A stretch of DNA of 64,000 nt, taken from Geosiphon pyriformis uo1 (Eukaryota > Fungi > Glomeromycota). The position numbers were made by a program, and so were the translations under genes. The notes under the pieces were generated by a model, which had not been told where the DNA came from, did no database searches, and worked only from the letters and a program-made list of their open reading frames with translations. Numbering within the stretch: position 1 is the stretch's first letter; each line of letters starts with the position of its first letter. The DNA lies in contig JAAOMT010000414.1 in assembly GCA_016748015.1 (NCBI GenBank), positions 152,481-216,480 of the forward strand, given 5' to 3'. This document shows, one piece after another, positions 12,701-27,400 of this stretch.

Positions 12701-14203
12701 AATTCAACCAGATAAGATTCTATAAGATTTAGAACCAATCATTATCATTGACACTAATATGTCAAATTAAACAACTAAAAAAATATAAAGACATTGTAAA
12801 CATGACAAAAGACAACAGAAAAATAAAAATTATTAACAACATCTATTTACTAGCACAACAATTCTTTCAACTAATCCAACAACAAAAAATAGAAATTACA
12901 ATCAATTAATAAACCATTAGATACAAAAACACCAGAAAGAGACTATGAGATAAAGTACAAAGAAAAACAGAAAACACTATTGAAAAAATAATCACAAAAG
13001 TGAAATTGACAATAGAAACACAACTAAAAGTCATTCAATATTCAGAGTTGACAATAGAAACATGGAATTGGTGGACACAACAATTTCCAAAAAACTTTTG
13101 CTATTTCCACTTGGGACAACATCTGAATATTCAGAACTTATATACAAATAAAACAAAATGATTATTTGATACAACAATACTACAACAACTGGAGAAATTT
13201 GTGGAAAAAAACAATCTAACAACATAAACAAGAGCCATCTATCAATTACATACTGGATTTCAAGACCAACCTGAAATCTTACTTAATCTAACAATGAACA
13301 CTATCACTATTAACCAAATAGAAAAAATAGCCAATGCCCAATTTGAAAAATTACAGAACAAGATAACTCAAGTAATTTTCAAAAAAAAGTTCAAGAAATA
13401 CTCAAAGATGGTGAACTAAAATTAGAAAATTTTGATGGAGCTCAATATTAAAAAGAAGAAAATAATGTTATACATAGAATATAAGAAGTATATTAGCATA
13501 TAAATTAACCAATTAAAAGTAGCCAGAGTAAATGTAAAATTCCAGAATTTTTCTCAAAGGAATTGCAGAATTCCAGGAATTGAAGAATCTCAATTATATA
13601 TATATAGCAGTAGTATTAGAAGAAAAAAAACAAACCTCTCAGTTTAAATTTGATTTAAACAACCTTTTTATTCACAAATATCAATAAATAACTATTCACT
13701 ATTTTAATTTATTTTCCACTATCAATATTTCATGTTAATAATAACTAATACTTAACCACACTGAAACAATAGCTCTTGATTACAGCTATTGACAAGATAC
13801 TAACATTTATTGTCTTGGCTTATTTCTTTATTTTCTTTTATTTTTTTTTTTTATTTTTTTTTGTTATTTCTTTTTGTTTTACTAATTGATTAAGAATTAA
13901 AAAGTGCTAAGTTACAAACATCATAAAAACTGGTAAAAGACCCATGAAACAAGGGTAAAACACTCATAATTGAAGATAGCTTACCAGGAGAATTACCACC
14001 CACCACATTGAAAAAAAAATTTGACAGAATTGTGATTTTAGGAGACTACTGAAACAATAATTGAATCTTTGTTCATTATACAAAAGACTTAATTAAAACC
14101 TTCAGATTACGAAAACCTTCAGAAACCAACATTATTAAATCAATTAAGCACCAAGTTACAGGTTTGTTATTTGCTTTGAGACTCCAAATAATTACTTATA
14201 ATA
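9751..14203 (+). mobile_element. 3' half of copy C (end of pseudo-dUTPase, RT, RH, IN, 3' LTR 13466-14203); host of copy B
   Basis: Resumes mid-pol (IIKILKRIIIGYLTTEI); RT ORF 10479-10826, IN ORF 12054-12371; LTR TGTTAT...TATAATA. Confidence 0.92.
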
Positions 14204-15310
14204 TCAGCTTTTAAATATTTTTAACAATATCTCCAAAATAAATTCAAATTTAACATTATTATTAATAATATTGATCTTAATAGTTCAATAAAAAAAAACT
14301 TAAATTTAATGCCAAACAATTTTAATAGACTGATTTTTTAGTTGATTACAAATATATTGTTCATTATAAACCAAATAAATTACACACCAATATGAATAAT
14401 CTTTTAAAAATAAGACAAAATTAATACCACACCAATTATATCACAATTTACTAGCTTAATAACAACAAATAATGAATTTTAAAAACTATAATAACATTAA
14501 AATTACTTAAAAACTCTTATTATATCAAAAAATTAGTTTTTAATTAAAAAACATTAATTACAATATTAATTAAAACAATATTTCTTTTATTACAATAAAA
14601 TTTATTATTAGAATTATAGAAATTTAACCAATTTATTCAGATTAGTACAAGAAAATAAGAAAAAAACAATTATATACAACATATATACAAACTTATTTTT
14701 AGCATATTTAAAAAAAAATAGTATAATTCAAAGAACATTAGAACATTATTTTTGGTCTTACATACAAAAATACATTTAACAATACATAAAATTATGTAAT
14801 AATTGTTAAAAAAAAGGAGGAATTTGTTTTATCAAACTTTTAAATTCAATTAAAGTTGAACAGCTTTTTAACAGAATAGAAATTGATTTAATTAAACCAC
14901 TATTTATTATCACTCAAAAAAATTGTTATATTGCAGTTGTAATAGATTATCTTACTAAATAGCCCAAAACTAAAGCTATCCAAAAAGCAAATGCAAAATT
15001 AATAGCAAATTTCATCTATAAAAATATCATTTGTAAACACAAATATTTAATTGAACTTTTATTTAATCAAAAAACATATTTTGTGAACAACTTAATACAA
15101 AAAATTAATGAATAATTTAATATTAAAAAATTACTATTATTATCTTATTACTCATAAACAAATAAATTTATAAAACAATTTAACCAAATACTGTGTAAAT
15201 TATTAACTAAAGTCTCAACTAATTTTGAGTAAAAATAAAATATCTTTATTCTATTAGTGTTACTAGTCTATAAAACACTAAAACAAAATATTATGAAACA
15301 TATACTATTT
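14204..15310 (+). pseudogene. Older, heavily decayed Gypsy RNase H end and integrase (different subfamily); host of copy C
   Basis: DYKYIVHYKP..., VEQLFNRIEIDLIKPL, IAVVIDYLTK*PKTKAI. Confidence 0.8.
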
Positions 15311-15598
15311 TATTTATTTATTAAGTTTTAATAAGTATAACCCAATTATTATTTAAAAATTAAGAACAAATTAAGTGTTCTAATACTAAATATAGTTCAC
15401 ATACTTTCTATATATAATTAATTACTTGAAGCAATTTAAACTATATAATATTAATATCTTAAAAGAAAACTTATCCAAAAAAGACATCTTTTAACTAATT
15501 TTAAACAATATAACATTATTATTAACCAATTCAATTAGCCATTTAGCTGTTTTTAAGACATCAATTTTAATATTAATAGGCTCATATTTCTATAATAA
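15310..15598 (-). mobile_element. 3' end of LINE-ORF1-like element 1 (ORF1 C-terminus, 3' UTR, A-rich tail)
   Basis: Reading frame joins 23291 onward in frame once one copy of the ATAA TSD is removed; ends in aataaataaataaa on the minus strand. Confidence 0.55.
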
Positions 15599-18500
15599 TG
15601 TTATGGTTAAAATTCATAGTTTTTATTAGTAATTATATATATTAGCCACTAATATTACATAATTAGTTATTCTATTTTTAGATAGTAATTATTAATTTGA
15701 TCAATAATCTAATTAATAACTTAATTATTAACCTAATTATTGATTTAATCATTGATCTAATCATTAATTTAATTAATAACTTGGTTATTGACTACTTTTA
15801 ATAACTATATAAATAATAAGTCTCTTAACTATAGAAAAACATGATAAAAGTAACAAAATAAAATCCACTATTAATTATTATTTTTTATATTGTTTATTTC
15901 TTTTTCTTTACTTTCAAGTATTTGAACATTATAAAATAAAAAATTACTTATTGGTCTTTATATACTTTATCTTTTTTTTTTCTTAATTTGTATTGTTAGA
16001 ATTAGTTTAAGAAGTAATTGCTTGTTTTTGTAATTTATTGAATAAAAAAATAATTAAAAAACATAACAATACCTATTATTGATTCTAAAAATTACTGAAT
16101 TAAAACATAAAATAATAGCAGCAGTATTATTTTGTTAACAATTATAGACTATTTCTCTATCTTTAGATTCTCAAAAAAGATTTACAACTGTAATTTTTAT
16201 AAGACTAATTATACACATTGAATTTTTACTTATTCAATTTACTTTTTTATTGTAATTCTCTCTTTGATTAATTTTATTATCCTACAATTATGTTTTTTCT
16301 TGCTATCTATTAGTTTATTACTTTAATTCATAATATAAAAGTAGTGCTTTCTATAAGGTTATCAAAATCCATTTATTTTTTTATTGTATGGGTAATTATT
16401 TATATATGCTATAACAATTAAAAAAATACTTTGTAATACATAATAAAAACAACTTAGATTTTATTAAACTCAATTTTCTGCTTTTTTAATTAATTTGTTT
16501 TTCTGTTAAAAAACAATTCAGTAGACAATTTCAAGATTTTTGGAACTGGTTTCTAAATAAGCATTCAGCTAAAATCTATATAGCTTATACAAGCTATTTC
16601 TTTAATTAAATTTATTTTGAAGAAATTTTCAAAAAATAAAACAACTATATTAATCAACTTTTATATTCAATAATCTTTGACTAACAGTTTTCTGATTTCG
16701 AATATCTGAATTATCAAATTCATATTTGGATTGCTGCTTACTAGTTAATTAAAACATCTTTTGAAACAAAAAAAAAAGCTATTAAACCACTTTTGTTTTT
16801 GATTTTTTTTCAAGTAAATCAAACTATTTCACACAAACAGTTACCTCTGAACCAATAGCTACTAACTCTATGTAAACAAACATCTTGGCTGTTTTCCAAG
16901 ATATACAAACTGCTTTAAGATAAAAAAAACAATACTTAACTATAATTATTTAAAGATAATGTCCAAAACCCAATTGAATAGTTAGATGACTTTGAAAAAA
17001 CAGCCACAGCCAACCAATATGATGTTAGCTACAAGTTCCAAATTGTTGGTAACTATTTACAAGACTTTTTTGCTACTTGGTTTTTACAAAAAACTAATGT
17101 TGGTGCTTATTAAAAATTATTAGATAGACACTAACAAATACTGAAAAAAAAAACATTTTTTTTATTATTTGGTTTTAAAATAAATTCAGAATCCCAATTT
17201 TAATATTCAAATAGCACATGGAATTAAAAAAAAGAACTCAAAGCCCAGAAAAAATAATAACTAAATATGCTAAAGCAATAAAAAATTTAATTAAATAGGT
17301 AGATTTTAGAAAAAATTAAACAGAAAAGTAAAAGATTTATTTTTTACAAAAAGATTAAAAACTGACTTATTTTATTTTTTTGGTCTTTCTTGGTCCTGAA
17401 AAATAATTCTACAATAGATATGGCTATTAAGTTTACACAAAAAATGCATTTGGAATTAATACTTCCAGTTTTTGCTTTTGCTTTTATTTTGGCTCTTGCT
17501 CTTTAAATAACTGCTACCTTTTTTACTGTTCAAACCCAAAACTTTAATAAACAATTAATAAATAAATTTATAGCTAATCTTACATAGTTATTAGAGCCTT
17601 TGGCATAAGCAGTTAGAAATAACTAACAATAACAAAACCCAGATTTAAATTACACTATAATCAGTTTTAACAACTATTATATTAAAGACAGCAAAATTGT
17701 GACTTATCTGTATACTATTATTGTAGATTAACTGGATATTTTTCAAAAAATTGCAACAATTTTTTATTGCTTTCTTCAGCTTTTAAAAACAATAACAACC
17801 AGAATAATAAATTTATTAACAACAATGCTTTCAATTAAAGACTTAATCATATTAACATCAATTTTTTTGGAGAAAATCTTTTAGTTAAAGCCACTGTTTA
17901 TTAGTTTTTAAACTAATAGACACATTTTCAAAGAATAAAAGTACAAGCCAATCAGAAAAAACCTCTTTTATGCTTTTAATCTAACTTATAATAACCATAA
18001 TATGAATAAACTAACTATTGATTTTTTTGACTTAACAAGAAAAAAAAAAAAAACTAAAGTTGATTTTGCTCTAAACTTTAATAAAGATTTTATATTAATT
18101 TTTAATAATAATAAGCCACTAAAAGCTAAAGTTTTTAAAAATTCTCCAAAGTTAAAACTTTCAGAAATCATACAAAAATCTGGACCTTATTTTGTTGTTA
18201 AAAACCTTATAAAAACTCCAGCACACATTATTTTTGACTAATTAATAACTTATCCACAGTTCAGAAAAGATTTTTATAAATCTTTAATTCTAAAAAAAAG
18301 CATCAAAGACCAAAAAATACTTTTGTCAAGCTGGATTTGTTAACAATAGCAATATTATCTCTCTGATTTGTAAAGCCCAAATGGCTGGTTATTTTATTAA
18401 TTTGATTCTAAATAGTAGATTATTTGTTAGTGTTATTGTCAAACATTTTTTTAAAATTATTAGTAGAAAAATTAATGAACTTTTAACTTGTCTTATGATT

Positions 18501-21500
18501 AATATGCATGAAAATAAAAAAAAGTCTAAATATTATCAAAGCTGTTTCTGTTTATATTAATAGCATTAGTATTAAAACTAACATAAAAGTATTTGAAGTT
18601 AAGAAATACATTATTATTGTTGGCAATAAGTAGCTTAAGAAAGCAAAAGCTTTGCTTGATTATAAGCTGTGTAAATTAATTATCAAATATAGTAAGAAGT
18701 CTATTGTGGTAAGTACTACTATTAAACAACTCCTTTAGTATTAAAACAAAGCCCAGAAGAAGATAAATTAAATGATAAAAAAATGATGAAGAAGAAAACA
18801 AAAAAAAACTGCTAAACTTGTTTATACTATCTTTATCAGTAATAACAAATCATTGAATAATATTAAAGCAGACAAAAAAAAATTATTGTAAATAACAAAA
18901 TGATCTGTTGGTCTTATTATGACATACTCAAAAAAACCTTTGACCAAAAACTTAGCAAAAAAGCCAAATACAGTTATTAGTAATATGGTTCTTGTGTTTA
19001 GTGCTAATATAATAAACTATTGTATTTTTTTAATAATAAATGCAAATTTTGTCTTATTTTCTACAAAGATTGAGAACTTATTAGCTTAATACCAAGAAAA
19101 AAATAAAAGAAATACAAAAGTTTTTTAAGAATAAACTATCTGAGATACAATTATTAACAATAAAACAAAAAAATCTTTTTTAAAAGAAAAAAAATAGACA
19201 TTGAAAACTTGCTGGCAAAAAACATTCCAATTATCTTAAAAAAAATGATACTTCTGGATGTACTTATGTGATACAATACACTATTAATACTAGAGAAACT
19301 TGTTTTATCTACTTAAAGCCTTATTAATTTAATTGCCACAATAATGAATTTATTAAAAAAAAATAAGCCAGATGAAAAATCTTGAATTCATATAAAAATT
19401 AAGAATGAATAGGTCTTTTTAATTGTAATAGTATTCAAAAAAAATGAAATTCTATGCTTTTATGTTGATTACTGTTAATTAAATACTATTACTAAAAGAA
19501 ATATGTATTTACTTTCAAAAATTGATGCAATGTTAAATCAATTTAATAGTGCTGCTTTTTTCTCAACTATTAATTTAACTACTGAATTCTAACAAATAGA
19601 AATGAATTCAAAAAGCAGAAAAAAAACTGTCATTATTACCAAGTATAGCATATATAAATTTACAATCATGTTTTTTGGTTTTACCAATGCTTTTTCTACT
19701 TTTTAATACTTAATAAACAAAATATTTGAATCAGTAAAAGAAAACTTTGTTTTGGTCTATTTGAACAACATAATAATATATTTAAAAACCTAAAATAAAT
19801 ACCTTAAACATTTACAAAAGATTTTTAATCTCTTTAGAAATACTGATCTTAAGATTAATTCAAGCAAATCTTTTTTTGAATATTAATTTACTTAGTTTTT
19901 TAAATATCTTATTATAAAAGATAAAATTTTTCTTGATTCAATCAAAATTAAAAAAGTCTAAAACATTAAACAACCAATAAATATTCATGAATTACACTCT
20001 TTTCTTGGATTAATATTTTATTATTGCAAATTTTTCAAAATTTTTTCAAAAATTGCCTTTTTATTCAATCAGCTATTTAAAAAAACTGTTAATTATTATT
20101 AGAGTACACATCAAAAAAAAGCTTTTAAAACTCTAAAGAAAAAACTAATTATTAAACCAATTCTTAAACAATCTTATCTGAATTAATTTTTCATTTTTTA
20201 TATTAATATATCTGGCTTTGAATTTGGTGTTGTTTTATTTCAGAAAGATAAAATAAAAAAAAACATGTTATAGCTTATGCTAGCAGATTTTTTTTTTCAG
20301 CAGAACAAAATTATTCAATAACTAAACAGAAATACTTAATAGTAGTATAGTCTATTAGTTATTAAAGTAAGTATTTTCTTGGTATAAAATTCTTAATAAT
20401 AACAGATTACCAAGTTTTGGTTTGGCTGTACAATAAAAAAAAGCTAAAACACAAATAAATAACTCACTAAATACTTTATCTAGATGAATTTGACTATAAT
20501 ATACAATATTGTAAAAGATCTTATTATTAAAACATTAATGTTTTCTTTGGACTTATCATTCAGTAATAATACAATCTTTCCAAAACAAACCAATCTAATT
20601 ATTAATAACTTTTCTTAAAAAAAACATGATAATAGACTTAAACAACTACTTTGTTTTAATAAAATTTTTGGGTAAAAGACAATACTTATTGAACTGTACT
20701 TAATATTAAAAAAAATATTTGTATAAACAATCAAATTTTTATTTAATTTATCAGAATTAATTTTACAAAAAAAATAGAAAAGATTTTGACCACTTCTAAA
20801 AAGTCATTAAATTTAAAAAAAGAGATATTATAATTTATATATGTATATTAATTTATTAATTGAACATTGAAAAAACAAAAACAATTCAGAAAATTTTTAC
20901 TTACTATTATTAATTTATCTTGGAAAAAAACATTGTTGAATATATTAAAATCTGTAATACTTGTCAAAGAAAAAAAAAACCCAATTACAAAGAAAACATC
21001 TATCCAATTTTTATTGTTTAACTATTTAACAGAATTGGTATAAATGTTGTTAGACTTTTAATTATAACTCCTAATAACAATAAATATATTATTACAACTA
21101 CCAACTATATTACAAAGTAAATAAAAGCAAAAGCTACTTTAGATTAAACAATAGTTTTTATTGTTAATTTTATTTATAAAAATATTATTTGTCATTATGG
21201 CTGTCCCAAAAAACTTTTATCTAATAAAAAAAGAGCTTTTATCAGTATACTGGTTAAAAAACTTTATAAAAAAATAAAAATATATTATAAATTCTTTTTT
21301 TATTATTATTCTCAAACAAATAGCCTAGTAAAATATTTTAATAAAACACTATGTAAAATTTTAGCCAAAATTAATAAAAAAACAAACTTATAAAACAAAA
21401 TACTGTTTTTAGCTTTATTTGCTTATAAGACTGTAAATTATGATATAACAAGTTATAAATCTTTTTATTTGCTCTATAGACAAATAACAATACTATCAAT

Positions 21501-23290
21501 AGAAATTAATATTGAAACAATATTTTTTAAAGAAATTACAATAAGAAATTACAAAAACATTTTGCAAAAAAATCTTGACTTCTTAGTAAAGATATGAATA
21601 ATTGTTTTTGAAAAAATAAAACAGTTTTAAGAGAAGCTTAAAAAAAAAAGCTTATAAAACATTTTTTTTGAGTATTAATAATTTAGTTTTAGAATATTAC
21701 TTAAACAGAGACAATATTTATAGTGATAAATTTTCTAATTAATAAAAAGAACTTTTTTTAATCAAAAAAGGTTTGAATAATAGTTTTTATATCTTATAGG
21801 ATCAATATAAAACAATCTTTAATAATTGTTCTGTTTATGGTACATAACTTAAAAAATATTACAAATAATCTAATTGGTTATTTGTTGTGATAATACCAAC
21901 TCAAATAATTAAAAAAAATCAGAGATAAATAAATGCACTATTTTCAAAACAGAGATATTTTCAATTGATATAAACAATTATTTCTTAAATTAAAATATTC
22001 AAAACACTTTTTATATTCTCTATAAATATTGAATCAAAAATTATCCAAACACTATTTTGATCATTGGAAAACAAATAACTATACTAATAACAATAAAATA
22101 CATACTGTTATTAAACCAAAGAAAACCACTACTAAAAGAAAAAAAATTAATAGCAAAATAGATAAATATATGCTTAAAAATATAAAAGCAAACATACTAT
22201 TATTTTTCAATACACTTGGAAAAACAATTAAAAAAATTTTGTCTATAGACAAAAACTTGTCATATAAAAGACAACTAAAGCTCTATAGTCAACTTGAAAA
22301 AATCATAAAAAACATGAAGCTTATAAAGAAAACAACTTTAAAAATACAAATAAAAATTCTAAATATTATATAGTTAAATGTTTCAAGAGTTTTGACTATT
22401 GCTAAAAAAACCAAAACTCTTATACAAAAATTTGGTTTCTTAGATACAAAACTTATATTACCTTAAGTATTATATATTTTATTTACAAAAAACTTCAACA
22501 AATTAATTAATTTTAAATTAAACAAAATCTTTCAAATAAACTACCTTATAAATAACTTGATTTTACCAAAGCTTAATCTCTTTAAAGAAGATAATATTAT
22601 AATTGAAATTAATAGTTTTTATTAATAATTACATGTATTAGCCACTGATATTACATAATTAACCACCTTATTTTTAAATAGTAATTATTGATCTGATTAA
22701 TGACTTAATTATTGATCTAATTATTAACTTAATTATTAATTTGATCATTGATTATTTTTAATAGTTATATAAATAATAAGTTTCTTAGTTATAAAAAAAC
22801 ATAATAAAAATAACAAAATAAAACTCATTATTAATTACTTCTTTTCATATTGCTTATTTTTTTTTCTTATCTTTAAGTATTTAAATATCTTAAGATAAAA
22901 AATTATTTATTGGTTTTCATATACCTTATTTTTTTTTTCTTGATTTGTATTATTAAAATTAGCCTAAGAAATAGTTGCTTGCTTTTGTAATTTACTGAAT
23001 AAAAAAATGATTAAAAAACACAATAATATCTGTTATTGATTCTAAAAATTGCCAAGTTAAAGCATAAAATAATAGCAGTAGTGTTATTTTATTAATAATT
23101 GCAGACTATTTCTCTATCTTTAAATTTCCAAAAAAAATTTATAACTGTAATTTTTATGAAACTGATCATGCACATTAAATTCTTACTTATTTAATTTGTT
23201 TCTTTATGTGATTCTCTCTTTAATTAATTTATTATTCTACAATTTTGTTTTTTTTTACTATTCAATAGCTTATTATTCCAACCAATAACA
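15599..23290 (+). mobile_element. Ty3/Gypsy copy D (family 2, no dUTPase seen), full length, heavily decayed
   Basis: LTR pair 15599-16335 and 22595-23290, TSD ATAA, PBS-like tagtgctttctataagg ~16342, gag ~16850-17900, PR ~18360-18700, RT ~19260-20060, RH ~20150-20560, IN ~20630-21870, PPT aaagaagataa. Confidence 0.88.
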
Positions 23291-24469
23291 ATAATATCAA
23301 ATTAAAAAACATATTATTATCAATAACAAACAAATCCATATAAGAGCCAGACAGATTAATATTCTTATAGCCATACTTAGTTTTTAAAGCAATTATTTTT
23401 TGTTCCAATTTATTAACTACTTTGCTAAAAGCATTTATATATACCAAAATCTCATTGATCTTAAGATTAAATATACTATTTGAAACCAAATTCTCATTAA
23501 CAAACTATTTAAATACAGCAATCAAAAAACTAACTGGCTTAATAATTAATTAGACTAATACAAAAAACTTGGCCAAATTAGATTCCAAAAAAACTAATTG
23601 AGAAAAACCATAAAGTTATCAATTATTATATTAGCAAAAAAACAAAACCAACCAGAAAACTAGAAATTAAAAGAGACATAAAAGCAGTACTCTTAACATA
23701 AAACTTAATACTAATAAAACAAGACACAAAAGTCTTAGAAGTTTTTAAAAAAAAATAAAAACATTTTATAATCAACAGCCAAATAATTTAAGCTTTAATA
23801 TTTAAAATAGCATTAGTATTCAAAAGTTTTTTACTAAATACAATACTTCTTTAAAGTATTAGTTTTAATAATAATAACATTTAAATTATTCTGTAAACCA
23901 AATATGACCAAAGCAAACCAAAAACAACAACCAAAATTAAGTAAGTAAAAAATAAAACAAATTTAATTATTAACTTAAAAAATAATATTACTGATTTTAA
24001 AAACAGTACAACCAGAAAAAAAGTTAATTAATTTGGTCTTAAACTTATTATAAGACAGAATAATTTTATTTTAATTTATTAAAAAAAATTTAAATATTAT
24101 TTTTACTCAATAAAACTAATCAATAATTCAAAGTAAATACAACAGTATTTAAAATTTTAAAGTAAACAATTATATATTATCAAATGTCAACAGACTTTAA
24201 CATAATATAAATAACTTCTTCAAATATATTAAGTGTTATTTTAATATTGGTAACAAATATATTTAAAGATATATTACACAATACAACAACAGCAAAAAAA
24301 GAACCAGATTCAGAAACCACCAAAAATTTGGCAATTTTAAGAGTAATTAAATAAACAAAACTTCTAAGCTTAATCAAAAACACAGTTTCTAAAAACTATT
24401 GAAAAGCAAATTCTATATAAAAAAGCTTTATATTGTTTTTTACAACTGACTTAGCATCCAAAAAACCAT
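23291..24469 (-). mobile_element. Middle segment of LINE-ORF1-like element 1 (RRM-like regions, CCHC knuckle, coiled coil)
   Basis: ORFs 24180-24383 and 23262-23489; at 23765-23812 CYFKY*SLNYLAVDYK restores to C-x2-C-x4-H-x4-C by reversing transitions. Confidence 0.6.
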
Positions 24470-27400
24470 TGTTACAGGTGAATATTTGGGGTTTTAAATC
24501 AAATAACAAACTTGTAACTTGGTACTCAATTGATATATTAATATGGTAATTTCTGAAGGTATGGTTTCTGAAGATTTTGGATAAGTCTTTTGTATAATGA
24601 ACAAAAATTCAATTGATAGTTTTATCCATAGCTTTCTGAAACCACAGTTTTGTCAATTTTTTTCTCAGCATAATGGCCAGTAATTCTCCTAGTAAAATAT
24701 TCTTAATTCTAAGTGTCTACCCTTATTCCTGGGTCTTTTACCAGTATTATATCCTGACGTCAGTACTTTTGCATATAATTTTTTTAATCAAGTTAATAAA
24801 CAACAAAGAAAATAGAATAAGAAAAAAATAAGAAAAATAAGCCAAGACAATTTGCATATTAGTATCCTGTCAATAGCCATAATCAAGAGCTATTGTTCTA
24901 GTGTGGTTAAGTATCAATTACTATCAACATAGAATGTTAATAGTGGAGAATGGATTGAGATAGTAAATAATTATTTATTGATATTTGTGGGATAGAAGAT
25001 TGCTTAGATAAAATCTAAACTTAGAAGTCTGTCTTTTCTTTTTCTAATATTACTATTATATATACATAATTGAGATTCCTTAATTCTTTAATTTTTCACA
25101 CCAAGAATCCTGAAATTTCTGGAATCCTAGAATTTCTGGAATCCTGCAATTTTTTTGAAAGGAATTCTGTAATTCCTTGTACAAAATTCTGCAATTCTTA
25201 GAATCCTGCAATTTCTCTAAGAGAAATTCTGGAATTCCATATTTACTATGGCTATTTCTGATTGGCTACTTTATATGCTAATATACTTTTTATATTTTAT
25301 GAGTAACATTATTCCTTTCTTTTTTAATATTGAGCTCTGTCAAGATTTCTTAATTCTAATTTTCTGTCTTTAAGTATTTCTTAAACTTTTTTTTCGAAAA
25401 TTACTTGTGTTATCTTGCTTTGTAATTTCTCAAATTAAGCATTGGTTATTTTTTCCATTTGGTTAATAGTAATAGAATCTATTGCTGGATTAAGTAAGAT
25501 TTCTGGTCAGTCTTGAAATCTGGTGTGTAGCTAATAAATGGCTCTTGCTTGTGTAGTTATATTGTTCTTTTCCACAAATTGTTCTAGTTGTTATAATATT
25601 TCTGTGTCAAATAATTACTTTGTCTTATCCATATATAAGTTTTGAATATTCAAGTATTGTTCCAAGTAAAAGTAACAAAAGTTTTTTGAAAATTGTTGTG
25701 TTTACCATTTTCATGTTTCTATTATCAGCTCTGAATATTGGGTGACTTTTAGTTGTGCTTCTATTGCCATTTTTACCTTTGTGATTATTTTGTCAACAGT
25801 GTTTTTTGTTTTCTTCCATACTTTATCTCATGGTTTCTTTCCAGTATCTTTGTATCTGATGATTTGTTGATCAATTGTAATTTCCATCTCTTGTTGTTGT
25901 ATTAGTTGAAATAGTTGTTGTGCTAATGAGTAGATGTTATCAATGATTTCCATTTTTTTTTATGTTGCTTTTGTTGCATATACCATGTCTTTATATACTC
26001 TTTTGGTTGTTCAATTTTATGTGTTTAGTTCAATAATTATAATTGGTTCTAGATCTCATGGAATCTTATCTGGTTAGACTAGTATCTTTTGTATTCTTAA
26101 TTGTGGAATATTACTGATAAATGGTGACACTATATAATGATATGGTTTTAGTTGATCACTATGTACTGCTTTGGCTAAGATTTTGTTGTTTTATCTTAAT
26201 TTATAAAGTTCTATTTCCAAGAATTTCTTCTATGTGAAATGGTCTGTTCTATTTGGAATCAAATTTTTCACTTCATTGTTTTTCTATTTTGGTGTGATGT
26301 AAAAGTACTTTGTTTCTAATCTTGAATTTAACTGGTTTATCTGGTAGTTGGTTTTCATGTCTTTCTTTTTGTTTTTCTTGTAACTTTTAAATATTATCAG
26401 CTGCTCTTTGTCATTTGTTTTCTAGAGTTTCTATTAAGTCATATGTTTTTCTTAGCAATATTTCCTAAAAATTGTCTTCAGTTATTGGTTCTGTTGGATA
26501 TGTTTTGACTTTTATCCCAACTGGTAATATTGCTGTTCTACTATATACTAATTCAAATAGTGTTGCTTGTATAGTATCTTGCTTTATTGTCTAATAAGCA
26601 AATAATACTGATAGTATAAACAAATTCCATTTATTCTGGTTTTTTTGGCTGATCTTGGTTATTGCTTTACACAGTATTCTGTTGAATCTTTCAACTAACT
26701 CATTTGTTTGTAAATAGTATAGTAATAATAGTGGTCTTTTTATTCCAAATTTTTGACTTAATTCTGCTAATGTTCTATTTACAAAATGAGTTCCTTAGTC
26801 TGATAATTGTTCTTTTGGACATCTATGTTGACAGATCAAATCTTAATAAACGAATTCAACAATGAATTCTGCATCTGCTTTTTGAATGACTTTTGCTTTT
26901 GGCCATTTAGTAAGATAGTTCATGACTACTGCAATATATCTGTTGCTTCTACTGGTAATTGTTAGTAGTCCAACTAAGTTAATTCTAATGTGATCAAATG
27001 ATTGTCCCACTTTGATTGGTCTTAACAGTTCACTGGATCTTGTTCTTTTTCTTTTCTGACAAGCATCACAATTTTAAACATATTGGATGATATCTGAATA
27101 CATTAATGGCTAATAGTATCTTTTTCTGATTCTTTCTATGATTGCTTCTTTATGAAAATGTTTTGCTGTTGGATCTGAATACATGTTGAAAAATATTGTT
27201 TCTTTCTCTAATTCTGTGATTACTTTAATTGGTTAATCTGAATTTCTTCTGTTTTTTTGGTAAAGTATATTTTAATGGTTGATAAAATATTTTGATTGTT
27301 GTTTTATGTTGTTTTGTTTCTTTTGAGATAATTTTTCCTTGAACAATTGGGTATTTATATAATATTGGAGTTGTTGGTATTTTTGTATATTCATCTTTTT

